Assembly (NCBI GenBank): GCA_947176065.1
Contig: CAMWPB010000002.1
Span: 108,761-172,760 of the forward strand
DNA length: 64,000 nt
DNA from: an uncultured Lachnospiraceae bacterium
Lineage (GTDB): Bacteria > Bacillota > Clostridia > Lachnospirales > Lachnospiraceae
Direction: 5' to 3'
Of this stretch, positions 28,853 through 38,938 are shown piece after piece. A program made the translations under genes and the position numbers. A model generated the notes under the pieces. That model was not told the DNA's origin. It did not search any database and was given only the letters and a program-made list of their open reading frames with translations. Positions within the stretch are counted from its first letter, which is position 1, and each line of letters begins with the position of its first letter.

Positions 28853-29758
28853 ATGAACGATTTGGTGACCATTTTGCTGCCAACTTATAATGGAGAGCGA
28901 TATATTTTACAAATGTTAGATTCTGTTTATGCGCAGGATTATAGACCGATCGAAGTTATACTATCAGACGATGCATCTGCAGACAGGACATTGGCAAAGG
29001 TCAATGGCTGGCTAAAAGGAAAAAACAAAGATGATTTCCTGTTTAAGGTTATTAGGAACAAAACGAATCGAGGTTTGAGTGGGAATATTTCATATGCGGC
29101 AAAATATGTACATGGGAAATATCTTTTCTTAGCGGATCAGGATGATATATGGAAAAGAAACAAGGTTTCTGTTCAAGTGGATTATTTGAAGAGAAATACT
29201 GATTGTGAAATGTGTGTCTGTGATAGAAGCGCTGTTGATAGAAGTGGCAAAATCATATGCAAATCGTTAATGAGATATGAACATAGAGATTTAAGAAAGA
29301 GAAGCTATACAGACGTTTTAAATAATGAAATTTGTTATTCAGCAAATGCGATCTGCTTAATAACAAAGCATATGGATCAAATATTTCCGATTCCGGAAGA
29401 GATATGTGAGCATGATACTTTTATTGCGATTATGGCAGCGCATTTCGGGAAGATTGGATATATAAAGGAAGCATTGGTGTTATATAGAGTTTATAATGGG
29501 AATCTATCCTGTAATTATGCGATGGAAACAAACGGAAACCTGATAAAGCTGGGATATGTCATAGTAAAAAGGTTAAGAAGAAAAAACTGGAAGGAGACGA
29601 AAGATCCAGTCATAATTAGGGAGGTATTGAGCAACCGTTTTAATGAGAATCATGTCAAATTTTCCTCCAAAATATATGCGGGAAGTGTGGATCATATTTA
29701 TTTAGCAGCATTTCAATATATATTAAACAATTTTAGTAAATGGAAACGCTTTATGTAA
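28853..29758 (+). CDS. Glycosyltransferase family 2
   Basis: ILLPTYNGERYI, SDDAS, FLADQDDIW, HD. Confidence 0.9.
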   Translation: MNDLVTILLPTYNGERYILQMLDSVYAQDYRPIEVILSDDASADRTLAKVNGWLKGKNKDDFLFKVIRNKTNRGLSGNISYAAKYVHGKYLFLADQDDIWKRNKVSVQVDYLKRNTDCEMCVCDRSAVDRSGKIICKSLMRYEHRDLRKRSYTDVLNNEICYSANAICLITKHMDQIFPIPEEICEHDTFIAIMAAHFGKIGYIKEALVLYRVYNGNLSCNYAMETNGNLIKLGYVIVKRLRRKNWKETKDPVIIREVLSNRFNENHVKFSSKIYAGSVDHIYLAAFQYILNNFSKWKRFM

Positions 29759-29809
29759 TATGTTAAGCGAATAGAAGAGATAGATTAGATTCAGGGAGGG
29801 AGAAGATAA

Positions 29810-30286
29810 ATGAATAAGGGTTTCATTTCAGTAGTTTCTGTATTGGCAGGTGCTGTGGCAGGAGTTGGTACTGTAGGTAAAATAGCGGGAGACAGCATAA
29901 GCAGGGCACAGAAGATGTCGGATAAGCATTTGGCATTATTTTTGATGATGAATCATTGGGTAAAGGTAAAACAGGAAGGGAAAAATTTATCTTCTTATTT
30001 TAAGCAGCATGACTATAAAAAGATTGCAATTTATGGGATGAGTTACGCAGGAGAAACGCTTATAGACGAATTACGAGGAACAGGAGTTGAAATTGTATGT
30101 GGAATAGATAATAATGCCGCCTCGATGTACTCGGATGTTAAAATTTTGGAAGTGAATGATTTTGAAGGGAACGTAGACGTGGTTGTGGTGACTGCGATTA
30201 CATTTTTTGACGAAATAGAGGATCAACTTTCGAAGAGACTGGATTGTCCCATTATTTCATTGGAAGATGTTTTATATGATGTTTAG
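29810..30286 (+). CDS. Small protein: N-terminal hydrophobic segment plus stand-alone Rossmann-like module
   Basis: FISVVSVLAGAVAGVGTVG then KIAIYGMSYAG...GIDNN...DVVVVT; GGGAGG RBS. Confidence 0.8.
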   Translation: MNKGFISVVSVLAGAVAGVGTVGKIAGDSISRAQKMSDKHLALFLMMNHWVKVKQEGKNLSSYFKQHDYKKIAIYGMSYAGETLIDELRGTGVEIVCGIDNNAASMYSDVKILEVNDFEGNVDVVVVTAITFFDEIEDQLSKRLDCPIISLEDVLYDV

Positions 30287-30381
30287 AAAAATGTGTTGAT
30301 TAGTGGGAAACGACGGGAGAAATCTTGAAAATTGATTTTATTCAGTGCAGGTGAAAATTTTGTTGTAAAGGGTAGCATAAA

Positions 30382-31545
30382 GTGCAGGTGACGATTGAAT
30401 TTCTGAAAGACTGGAAAAAGCAAGATAAGAAGATTGCTCTCTATTGTGCAGGCAAGCACGGAAAGCTTTTTGCCAGAATATTGAGACTGCTTGATATAGA
30501 GCCGGATTTCTTTTTGGACAATGACAAAAGAAAATGGAATACGGTGATAGACGGACTGATATGTTGCGAACCGGCTCGGTATTCTGACCGGGAGGACGTC
30601 TTGGTCTTTGTCTGCATTGAAATGCAGTACTACTTTGGAATTCTGGAAAGTGTGAGACAGAAGGAATTTCGGCAGATTGCAGACTTCACGGATATTTTTG
30701 ATGATTTGATTATGAATCACCGACAGGATTATCTGAAATTGATAGAAGAATTTGCGGCGGTCGAGGAAGCGGGTATATTTTATTGTCTTGCTCCCAATGA
30801 AAAAGCTGTTTGCGCTGATATGACGAAGGTGCCGGTGAAGGATCGTATTGCGGTGTATACAGGAATATTCGGCGGTTATGATAAGATTTGCCGGCCGAAA
30901 GTGCAGCCGCCCAACATTGATTATTATTTTATATCGGATGAGTATCCGGCGCAGCCGCAGCCATTTCAATGGATCAATGCCAGAGAGGTGATACCGTCTG
31001 ACATCACCAGCCCGATCAAAAGGAATCGGTATATCAAAATGCACGCACATAAGCTGTTTCCACAATATCAATATTCTGTATACATAGATGGAAATATTAC
31101 GCTTACTGCGGATGTGTCGGGATTTATTCACCATAATAAAGCAGGCATTTCCACGTTCATGCTTCCCTGGCGCGATTGCGTTTACTATGAAGCGCTTGCC
31201 ACGGTAAATGACAGGCGGGTTGCTTTCGATGACGTATGCAGGCAGATGGATAGATATCTGGAAGAGGGCATGCCAATGCATTATGGTCTGCCCGAGATGC
31301 CGGTGATTGCGATGGAGCACGGTAAGCCGGAATGTATGAAAGTGATGGAAACCTGGTGGCAGGAGTTCGTTTCCGGCGCCCAGCGCGACCAGTTATCTTT
31401 TATGTACGCCATGTGGAAAAACGGGCTGGGACTGGCTGATATGACGTCGCTGGGAAAAGATGTGAGACAAAGCAGCTATTTATACAAAACAGAGCATCCT
31501 TCTAAAAGTAAAAAAGTAGGCAACACGGATAGAGGAAACCGATAA
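30382..31545 (+). CDS. DUF616-type glycosyltransferase with N-terminal Rossmann-like module
   Basis: IAVYTGIFGGYD, RYIKMHAH, YIDG, RDQLSFMYAMW. Start codon uncertain. Confidence 0.8.
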   Translation: MQVTIEFLKDWKKQDKKIALYCAGKHGKLFARILRLLDIEPDFFLDNDKRKWNTVIDGLICCEPARYSDREDVLVFVCIEMQYYFGILESVRQKEFRQIADFTDIFDDLIMNHRQDYLKLIEEFAAVEEAGIFYCLAPNEKAVCADMTKVPVKDRIAVYTGIFGGYDKICRPKVQPPNIDYYFISDEYPAQPQPFQWINAREVIPSDITSPIKRNRYIKMHAHKLFPQYQYSVYIDGNITLTADVSGFIHHNKAGISTFMLPWRDCVYYEALATVNDRRVAFDDVCRQMDRYLEEGMPMHYGLPEMPVIAMEHGKPECMKVMETWWQEFVSGAQRDQLSFMYAMWKNGLGLADMTSLGKDVRQSSYLYKTEHPSKSKKVGNTDRGNR

Positions 31546-31569
31546 CAGACAGGAGAAAGAGGCGTCAGG

Positions 31570-32283
31570 ATGAATATTGCGATGATCATAGCCGGAGGAA
31601 GCGGCAGCCGTATGCATCAGGATATACCGAAACAGTTTCTTACGGTAAATGAAAAACCGGTCATCATCTATACCTTGGAGGTGTTTCAAAAACATCCTGC
31701 CATAGATGAGATTGTGGTGGTATGTATCGAAGGCTGGGAACAGGTGCTTTGGGCATATGTGCGGCAGTTTAATCTGTCTAAGGTCAGCATGGTCGTAAAG
31801 GGCGGAGACTGCGGACAGAATTCTATATACAGGGGTTTGGAAGAAATAGCCAAAACGCATGTGGAGGAGGACATTGTGTTGATACACGATGCAATCCGTC
31901 CGATGGTGTCGGAGGAAATCATCTCTGATTGCATCAATAAGACGATAGAATATGGATCTGCCATTGCGAGTATTCCTTGTGCGGAGGCTATGCTGGTGTC
32001 AGAGGACCAGAAAGATTCCGACCGGGTATTTGACAGGAATTGCCTGAAAAGGACGCAGACGCCGCAGGGGTTTCGACTGGGTAAGCTGCGGGATATTCAT
32101 AAAAAGGCGCTTGCTCAGGGAATCACAAATTCGATTGCGTCCTGTACGCTGATGATAGAAATGGGAGAAAAGGTTTATTTTTCTCAAGGATCTGAGAAGA
32201 ATCTGAAGCTTACGACGGTAGAGGATATTGATATTTTTAAGGCGCTGCTTTTGGCCAGGAGAGCGGAGTGGCTCAAAGAATAA
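31570..32283 (+). CDS. IspD/TarI-family cytidylyltransferase (module 1)
   Basis: IAGGSGSRM..DIPKQFL, IHDAIRP, QTPQGF, NLKLTTVED. Confidence 0.9.
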   Translation: MNIAMIIAGGSGSRMHQDIPKQFLTVNEKPVIIYTLEVFQKHPAIDEIVVVCIEGWEQVLWAYVRQFNLSKVSMVVKGGDCGQNSIYRGLEEIAKTHVEEDIVLIHDAIRPMVSEEIISDCINKTIEYGSAIASIPCAEAMLVSEDQKDSDRVFDRNCLKRTQTPQGFRLGKLRDIHKKALAQGITNSIASCTLMIEMGEKVYFSQGSEKNLKLTTVEDIDIFKALLLARRAEWLKE

Positions 32284-32302
32284 ACTGTAAGAGGATATCA
32301 AT

Positions 32303-33310
32303 ATGGGATATTTGGAGTGTGGAGCTTATCGTGAAGATGTGGCGGCAGCGGTCAGACATACGGTAAATTTTGAAAAGTTTCATAATAAAAAGGTGTTGGT
32401 TCTGGGAGCGTCGGGATTGATCGGTTCTTTTATGACGGACTGTTTTTTATATGCTAATGAAGAATTTAGTGCGGGAATCACAATCTATGCGGCGAGCCGT
32501 AACAGGGAACGGTTGATCAGCCGGTTTGGAGATGGTCATGTGGAGAATCTGCATTTTGTGGAGGCTGACGTGACGGATATGGACATGGAGGAGCCGTTTG
32601 ATTATATGATCCATGCGGCAAGCTATGGGCACCCGCAGGCTTTTCGGGAGACGCCTGTGGAAGTGCTTTTGTCCAATGTGATCGGAACGGATAGAATACT
32701 TAAGATGGCAAGGCAGAACATGGTAGGCCGGGTATTATATGTATCTTCCGGGGAAGTGCAGGAAGAGGTGGATCATCTGTCTGCACGGGCCTGCTATCCG
32801 ATGGGGAAACGGGCGGCCGAGACGCTGTGTATTTCCTATAACAGGGAATACGGTGTCGACGTGGTCATGGGAAGGCCATGTCATACATTTGGAGCCAATG
32901 TGACTAAAAATGACAACAGGGCGGCGACGCAGTTTATCATGTCGGCAGCCCAAAAAAGGGATATTGAGATGTACAGCGCGGGAGAACAACGCCGCACGTT
33001 TTCCTATGTGGCCGACTGTGTATCCGGGCTTTTGACGGTTTTGACAAGTGGGGAGAGCGGAAAGGTATATGGAATTTCTTCTGATGAAAATTGTACGGTG
33101 AGGGAGTTCGCAGAGCAATGTGCAGAAGCGGGAGAGTGCAGGGTGAGGCTTCACAGACCGGGCGGAAATGAGCGCGCAGAGATGTCCCCGATAGCGAATC
33201 AAATCGTAAAAAATGAAGAACTTAAGGCGCTTGGATGGCAGGCGGCTTTTTCAATCAGGGAGGGGATCACTAAGGCTGTGCAGATTATGAGAGAGACGGG
33301 TGGAATTTAG
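32303..33310 (+). CDS. NAD-dependent epimerase/dehydratase family (probable CDP-alditol reductase partner)
   Basis: LGASGLIG, HAAS, YPMGK (YxxxK); adjacent to the IspD/TarI gene. Confidence 0.8.
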   Translation: MGYLECGAYREDVAAAVRHTVNFEKFHNKKVLVLGASGLIGSFMTDCFLYANEEFSAGITIYAASRNRERLISRFGDGHVENLHFVEADVTDMDMEEPFDYMIHAASYGHPQAFRETPVEVLLSNVIGTDRILKMARQNMVGRVLYVSSGEVQEEVDHLSARACYPMGKRAAETLCISYNREYGVDVVMGRPCHTFGANVTKNDNRAATQFIMSAAQKRDIEMYSAGEQRRTFSYVADCVSGLLTVLTSGESGKVYGISSDENCTVREFAEQCAEAGECRVRLHRPGGNERAEMSPIANQIVKNEELKALGWQAAFSIREGITKAVQIMRETGGI

Positions 33311-33311
33311 C

Positions 33312-34520
33312 ATGGAATCATACTATCTCAAGAGTATTATAGGTGAAATTGCAAATGGCATAGAGCGGCTGATTGAAAAAAAGGTGATTGGACATGGATC
33401 AAAGGTGATTTTGTATGGACTTGAGCGGTATTCCTTTGCAATGAGGACGATTCTTGTCAATCTGGGATATCAGATCGTCGAGGGCTATGTGTCTGACGAC
33501 GAAGAGCTGACGGCGAAGTACCGGTTCGATATCAAAAATTTTGCCTGTCGATTTTTAAATCGGGTGGACGACGCCATCAATGTATGGAGTGTTGAAGAAA
33601 GGTTAGTGCCTTTTGACCGGAATGCATTGATATTGGTTGCGTCCGAAAAGTATGCGGAAGTAAAGGACAGACTCGAAGCGATAGGTTATGAAGAGAACGT
33701 TCACTTCTATACCGTATATGATTTTCGGGAGAGAGAGCTGGAGGCTCTTTTTGAGGGAAAAATCCGAATGACGCTGCCGGAGATACAGCGGACGGAGAAG
33801 CAGATTCTTGCCTATGTGGATGAAATTTGCCGGAAATACAGTCTCAGATATTGGGTATGTGGCGGCACACTACTGGGTACAATCCGCCATAAGGGGTTTA
33901 TTCCGTGGGATGACGACATAGATATTTTTTTACCGTGGAGGGATTATCAGCAGTTGATTGCTGTTTTTGAGGAAACGGAATATTTCAGCATGTTGGGGTT
34001 TGGAACTGCAGAGACGAATGATTTCCCTGATCCATTCGCCAAAGTGGTGGATAAGAGGACGTTGATAGATGAGAATATTGGCACGGTGAGAAAGATAAAT
34101 CCCCTGTTTGTTGATGTTTTCCCATTAGTAGGGATGCCGGAAGATGAAGGGGAGAGGAAGCTCTTTTTTGCGGGTTATAAGGAACTGAACCGTCGGATCT
34201 GGCAGGCATTTTATGATTCAAACGGCAGAATAGATATTTTTTCCGAATGGTATGGAAAACAAAAAGAGTATTTGAGTACATATGATTTTGACACAGCGGG
34301 TTATGTGGGCGTTCTGGGGACGGCATACTGGGAGAGGGACTATACATCCCGGCAGGTGTATGAAACTACGCTCAGAATGCCGTTTGAGGATATCGAAGTA
34401 AATGTTCCATCAGGCTACAAAGAGTATCTTGATCATTTGTATGGAGCTGATTGGATGGTGATTCCGGAAGAAGGCAGGAGAAAGACGCACCATACGGTAA
34501 CTGCTTACCGAATGGAATAA
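33312..34520 (+). CDS. LicD-family phosphotransferase with N-terminal Rossmann-like module
   Basis: GGTLLGTIRHKGFIPWDDDIDI, DVFPL, YLDHLYG.DWM. Confidence 0.92.
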   Translation: MESYYLKSIIGEIANGIERLIEKKVIGHGSKVILYGLERYSFAMRTILVNLGYQIVEGYVSDDEELTAKYRFDIKNFACRFLNRVDDAINVWSVEERLVPFDRNALILVASEKYAEVKDRLEAIGYEENVHFYTVYDFRERELEALFEGKIRMTLPEIQRTEKQILAYVDEICRKYSLRYWVCGGTLLGTIRHKGFIPWDDDIDIFLPWRDYQQLIAVFEETEYFSMLGFGTAETNDFPDPFAKVVDKRTLIDENIGTVRKINPLFVDVFPLVGMPEDEGERKLFFAGYKELNRRIWQAFYDSNGRIDIFSEWYGKQKEYLSTYDFDTAGYVGVLGTAYWERDYTSRQVYETTLRMPFEDIEVNVPSGYKEYLDHLYGADWMVIPEEGRRKTHHTVTAYRME

Positions 34521-34565
34521 ATGACGCTGCTTTGCCGCCTGACTGCTTAAATGGGAGATTAAACC

Positions 34566-35951
34566 ATGAAATATCTGATTTTCGGCACAGGAGATTACTA
34601 TAACCGGTATAAAAAATGGTTCGCCAGGGAAGACATAACCGCCTTGCTTGACAATGCGCCGGATAAGCAGAATACATATCTGGACGGCATACAGATTTTA
34701 TCCCCCGAACAGGGCGTGCGCCTTGCCTATGACGCGGTGGTGATCCTGAGCTTCTATGTGAAAGCCATGAGGCGGCAGCTTGGGGAACTTGGTGTGCCGG
34801 AAGACCGGATTTATCATTTCTATGATCTTCATAAACTGATCTGTCGGGCGGGAAATGGCTCTATAGCGGCCTATAAGAAACCCATACAGTATTACGGCAG
34901 GGCGGAAGAAGTGGATAAGGCTTCCTGCACCCTGCTCTTATCCCATGACCTCACTCTGGGCGGTCCGGCGATCGCGCTGTACCATATGGCAGAAGTGCTT
35001 CGGGCACAGGGAGATGAGGTGGTGTTTGGCTCGATGCTGGACGGACCTTTGAGGGAAACTTTGCTTGCGGAAGGCATCCCGGTGGTTGTGGATGTGAATC
35101 TGCAGGTGGAGACTATGCGCGAGGCGGAGTGGACGTCTGGTTTTCAAAGGATTGTATGCAATACGGTTAATTTCCATGTATTTTTGTCAGAGAGGGACAC
35201 GAAAGTACCGACGCTGTGGTGGCTGCATGATTCCGCTTTCTTTTATGACGGTGTAGACCAGACAATGCTTCGGGAGATGGATCGGGAGAATCTGCGGCTC
35301 TGCACGGTTGGGGCGGTACCGCGGGAAGCAATGAGGCGGTTTATGCCGGACATGGAGATTGCAGACCTGATTTACGGAGTGGCCGATGAGGCGCATAAAA
35401 GTGGGAAAAAGCTGGAAAAGAATAAAATCCGTTTTGTGACGATAGGATATATTGAGGCCAGAAAGGGACAGGATATTCTGGTGCGGGCTGTCCGAAGGCT
35501 GCCGGACAGCATAAGGGAAAGGGCCGAATTTTATCTGGTAGGGCAGGATACATCCCGCATGGCGGAGGAGATCAGGGCAGAGATACGGGAAATGCCGGGG
35601 ATTGTTATGACGGGAACCATGGATAGAAAGGGAATACATGAAATACTTGACTGTGCGGATGTGCTGGTCTGTCCTTCCAGGGAGGATCCCATGCCTACGG
35701 TGGCGGCGGAGGCGATGATGCACGGGGTGCCCTGTATGGTATCAGACGCTGCAGGTACGGCGTCATTTATAGAGCAGGAAGTGAATGGTATCGTGTTCCG
35801 CAGCGGGAATGAGCAGGAGCTGGCGGAGAGAATACGCTGGTGTGTGGAGCATCCTGACAGACTATCCGGCATGGGCATCCGTGCGAGGACAATTTATGAT
35901 CAACACTTTTCCGTGGCGGCTTTTGAGAAAAAAGTAATGGAGCTGTTATAG
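34566..35951 (+). CDS. Glycosyltransferase family 4 with N-terminal Rossmann-like module
   Basis: KGQDILV, CPSREDPMPTVAAEAM (EX7E-like). Confidence 0.88.
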   Translation: MKYLIFGTGDYYNRYKKWFAREDITALLDNAPDKQNTYLDGIQILSPEQGVRLAYDAVVILSFYVKAMRRQLGELGVPEDRIYHFYDLHKLICRAGNGSIAAYKKPIQYYGRAEEVDKASCTLLLSHDLTLGGPAIALYHMAEVLRAQGDEVVFGSMLDGPLRETLLAEGIPVVVDVNLQVETMREAEWTSGFQRIVCNTVNFHVFLSERDTKVPTLWWLHDSAFFYDGVDQTMLREMDRENLRLCTVGAVPREAMRRFMPDMEIADLIYGVADEAHKSGKKLEKNKIRFVTIGYIEARKGQDILVRAVRRLPDSIRERAEFYLVGQDTSRMAEEIRAEIREMPGIVMTGTMDRKGIHEILDCADVLVCPSREDPMPTVAAEAMMHGVPCMVSDAAGTASFIEQEVNGIVFRSGNEQELAERIRWCVEHPDRLSGMGIRARTIYDQHFSVAAFEKKVMELL

Positions 35952-36005
35952 GGAGGCAGAGGTGGAGACACGGGCTGCGGAAACTGATGTGGGCAGGGAG
36001 ACTGT

Positions 36006-38075
36006 ATGGAAAATTTATCGAAAATTCTGAATCCATATAAGGAAGATAAAATTGCGGTTTATGGACTGGGGACGGAAACGGAACGGGTTTTGAATGAGAT
36101 CGGACAGGACTTTCAGATTGTTGGCCTGCTGGATGGCTACAGGGAAGAGGGAGAACTGTATCATAAACAGATCATTTCATTGCAGCAAGCCATAGACTGT
36201 CAGGTAAAACTGATCCTGGTTGTGGCGAGACCCGGTTCATGCAGAGCCATCCTGAAACGGATCGGCGCCGTATGCATAGAAAACCAGATTGCCCTGATGG
36301 ATGTGAGGGGCAGGGATTTGTGTGATCTGAAAAAGGCAGGATATCAGTTTAAAAGTACGGATGGAATTTCGCGTGCGCGTCTGATGGAGCAGGCTGACAG
36401 AAATGAGGTGGTAAGTATTGACCTGTTTGATACTTTAATTATGCGCCGGACGTTATTCCCGACGGATATCTTTGATCTGGTTGACTGCAGACTAAAAGAA
36501 AAGGGCATTGTGATAGCAGATTTTTGCGGCAGAAGGCTGGCCAGCGAAAAGCACCTTGCCAGGTCTGGCGCGCCCACTCTTATTGAAATTTATTCCTATA
36601 TGAAATCGACCTATTCGATCACGGGGATGGCGCCGGAGGAACTGGCGGAACTGGAATGGCAGACGGATTATGAGCTGGTGGTTCCGCGGCGGGAAATGTG
36701 CGGTTTTTGTGAAGAGCTGCATAGAAAAGGAAAGGAAATTTACATAGTATCAGATACTTTTTATACAAAGGATCAGCTGACCGGATTGTTGGAAAAGTGC
36801 GGTATCAGTTTCTATCAGGATATCTTCGCATCCTGCGAATACAAAACGGCCAAGACGGAAGGACTTTTTGAAAAGTTAAAAGACCGGATTTCCGGGCGGA
36901 AAGTAATTCATATCGGAGACGATCCTGTTGCAGATATGGAAAGTGCAGAAAAACATGGCATCGCCGCATGTCAGGTTTACAGCGGAACAGAGCTGCTGGA
37001 AATGGCGGGCTATCTCGGGCTTTGGGACAGTATGGAAGGAGTGGCTGACAGGATTAAAATAGGGATGCTTGCGGCGAAATTATTTAACAGCCCCTTTCAG
37101 TTTGAAGGAGAGGGACAGAAAATCGCTGTCAGAACGGCTTATGATCTGGGCTATGTTTTTTTTGCGCCGATCATCAGCGATTTTGTCATCTGGTTTGCCG
37201 GACAGGTACAGAAATATGATCTGCAGAATGTGTGGCTTTGTGCAAGGGACGGTTATCTGATCAAGAAGATGTACGATGCGCTGAGGGGAGCTGATGCCTC
37301 TGTTTACTTCCTGACTTCGCGGACGGCGGCTATACGCGCCGGCGTGGAGAATGAGGAAGACATTACATATGTCAGCGGGATGAAATTCAGCGGAACGGTG
37401 GAAAAAGAGCTGGAGGAGCGCTTTGGTATTTCCGGGCAGGTGAAGGAAGGAGCCGCCGGCATTAAGGCAGTGTCGCTGATGGATTATTCGCAGGCAATTT
37501 TACAGAGGGCGGCTTTAAACAGGAAAAACTATCATACCTATATGAAACGGCTGCAGATCAGGGAAGGGGATATTGCTTTTTTTGACTTTGTGGCAAAAGG
37601 GACGAGTCAGATGTATGTACAGCGGCTGGTCCGGAATCATCTCAAAGGCTTATATTTTCTGCAGCTGGAGAGAGAGTACATGCAGGAAAAGGGTTTGGAT
37701 ATTGTAGCGTTTTACGGTAAGGAGGAAACGGATAACAGCGAAATCTATGAGAACTATTATATATTGGAAACCGTATTGACATCGCCTGCGCCGTCGGTTA
37801 AGGAGTTTGATGAATATGGTGAGCCGTGTTATGCGAAGGAGACGAGAAAGAAAAAAGAGATTCAGTGCGTTCAGGAGATACAGGATGGAATATTAGACTA
37901 TTTTATGACATATCTAAGGCTGTGTCCTGAGGCGGAAGCGGTTGTAAACCGAAAAATCGATGAGCTTTTTTTGGCTCTGGTGCACCGGGTTGAGGTTTTA
38001 GATGAAAACTTTATCGGATTAAAGGTGGAAGATCCGTTTTTTAATAGGATGACTGATATAGAAGATCTGCTGTAA
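36006..38075 (+). CDS. HAD-superfamily hydrolase-like protein with N-terminal Rossmann-like module
   Basis: SIDLFDTL, IVSDTF, IHIGDD..AD, ARDGYL. Confidence 0.8.
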   Translation: MENLSKILNPYKEDKIAVYGLGTETERVLNEIGQDFQIVGLLDGYREEGELYHKQIISLQQAIDCQVKLILVVARPGSCRAILKRIGAVCIENQIALMDVRGRDLCDLKKAGYQFKSTDGISRARLMEQADRNEVVSIDLFDTLIMRRTLFPTDIFDLVDCRLKEKGIVIADFCGRRLASEKHLARSGAPTLIEIYSYMKSTYSITGMAPEELAELEWQTDYELVVPRREMCGFCEELHRKGKEIYIVSDTFYTKDQLTGLLEKCGISFYQDIFASCEYKTAKTEGLFEKLKDRISGRKVIHIGDDPVADMESAEKHGIAACQVYSGTELLEMAGYLGLWDSMEGVADRIKIGMLAAKLFNSPFQFEGEGQKIAVRTAYDLGYVFFAPIISDFVIWFAGQVQKYDLQNVWLCARDGYLIKKMYDALRGADASVYFLTSRTAAIRAGVENEEDITYVSGMKFSGTVEKELEERFGISGQVKEGAAGIKAVSLMDYSQAILQRAALNRKNYHTYMKRLQIREGDIAFFDFVAKGTSQMYVQRLVRNHLKGLYFLQLEREYMQEKGLDIVAFYGKEETDNSEIYENYYILETVLTSPAPSVKEFDEYGEPCYAKETRKKKEIQCVQEIQDGILDYFMTYLRLCPEAEAVVNRKIDELFLALVHRVEVLDENFIGLKVEDPFFNRMTDIEDLL

Positions 38076-38181
38076 TGTATATATACCTTATTTAATATTA
38101 TTTATGGTATGAACTTTAGATTGAATATCGTTTTTCAATATGTTATCCTTTTCTATAGTAATAGAAAAGGCGGAAATCTAC

Positions 38182-38844
38182 ATGAATTTTGAATTAACAG
38201 CATCGATGATGTGCGCTAATTACGGCAATCTGGAAAAGGAAGTGCGGGATTTAGAAGCAGGCGGCATCGACTCTTTTCATATCGATATTATGGACGGCCG
38301 GTATGTGCCGAATTTTGCCATGTCGTTAAACGACATGGCTTATATTGCGTCGGCAACGCAGAAGCCTTTGGACGTCCATCTCATGATTGAACACCCAAAT
38401 AATAACATACATATTTTTCTGGAAAAACTCCGCAAGGGCGATACGGTTTACATTCATCCGGAGGCGGAGTATCATCCGTCTACCACACTTCAGAAGATTA
38501 TTAATGCGGGAATGACACCGGGGATTGCCATCAATCCGGGCACCAGCATTGAGACGGTTATGGAGATGCTGGTGATCGTTAAAAAAGTATTGGTGATGGC
38601 GGTGAATCCCGGCAATGCAGGGCAGATGTATTTGCCCTATGTGGGAAAGAAAATTACCAGACTGTTGGCGATCAAGGACGAAACGAATTTTGAGATCTAT
38701 TGGGACGGCGCATGTGGAGCGGACAAGATCAAACAGTATGCGCCAAGGGGAGTGAAGGGATTTGTTCTGGGCACAACGCTTCTTTTTGGAAAGGATGCGC
38801 CCTACGGGGAAACGCTGCGGAATATCAGGGAACTGCATTTTTAG
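38182..38844 (+). CDS. rpe: Ribulose-phosphate 3-epimerase family (Rpe/AlsE-like)
   Basis: ASMMCA, HIDIMDG.YVPN, DVHLM, LVMAVNPG.AGQ, WDG. Exact substrate uncertain. Confidence 0.85.
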   Translation: MNFELTASMMCANYGNLEKEVRDLEAGGIDSFHIDIMDGRYVPNFAMSLNDMAYIASATQKPLDVHLMIEHPNNNIHIFLEKLRKGDTVYIHPEAEYHPSTTLQKIINAGMTPGIAINPGTSIETVMEMLVIVKKVLVMAVNPGNAGQMYLPYVGKKITRLLAIKDETNFEIYWDGACGADKIKQYAPRGVKGFVLGTTLLFGKDAPYGETLRNIRELHF

Positions 38845-38938
38845 AGAGACAAAAAATAGTTGGAGGGACATGTATTTGGCTAAGCATTTTATGTAGAGGG
38901 TTGAGTATACCCAAGGTAAAGGGGGAAAAAGGGGAATT

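Noticed and set aside
30344-30391. 11-bp direct repeat AGTGCAGGTGA x2 at the AT/GC transition
   Set aside because: Only two short copies 37 bp apart; it could mark a junction but there is no other support.
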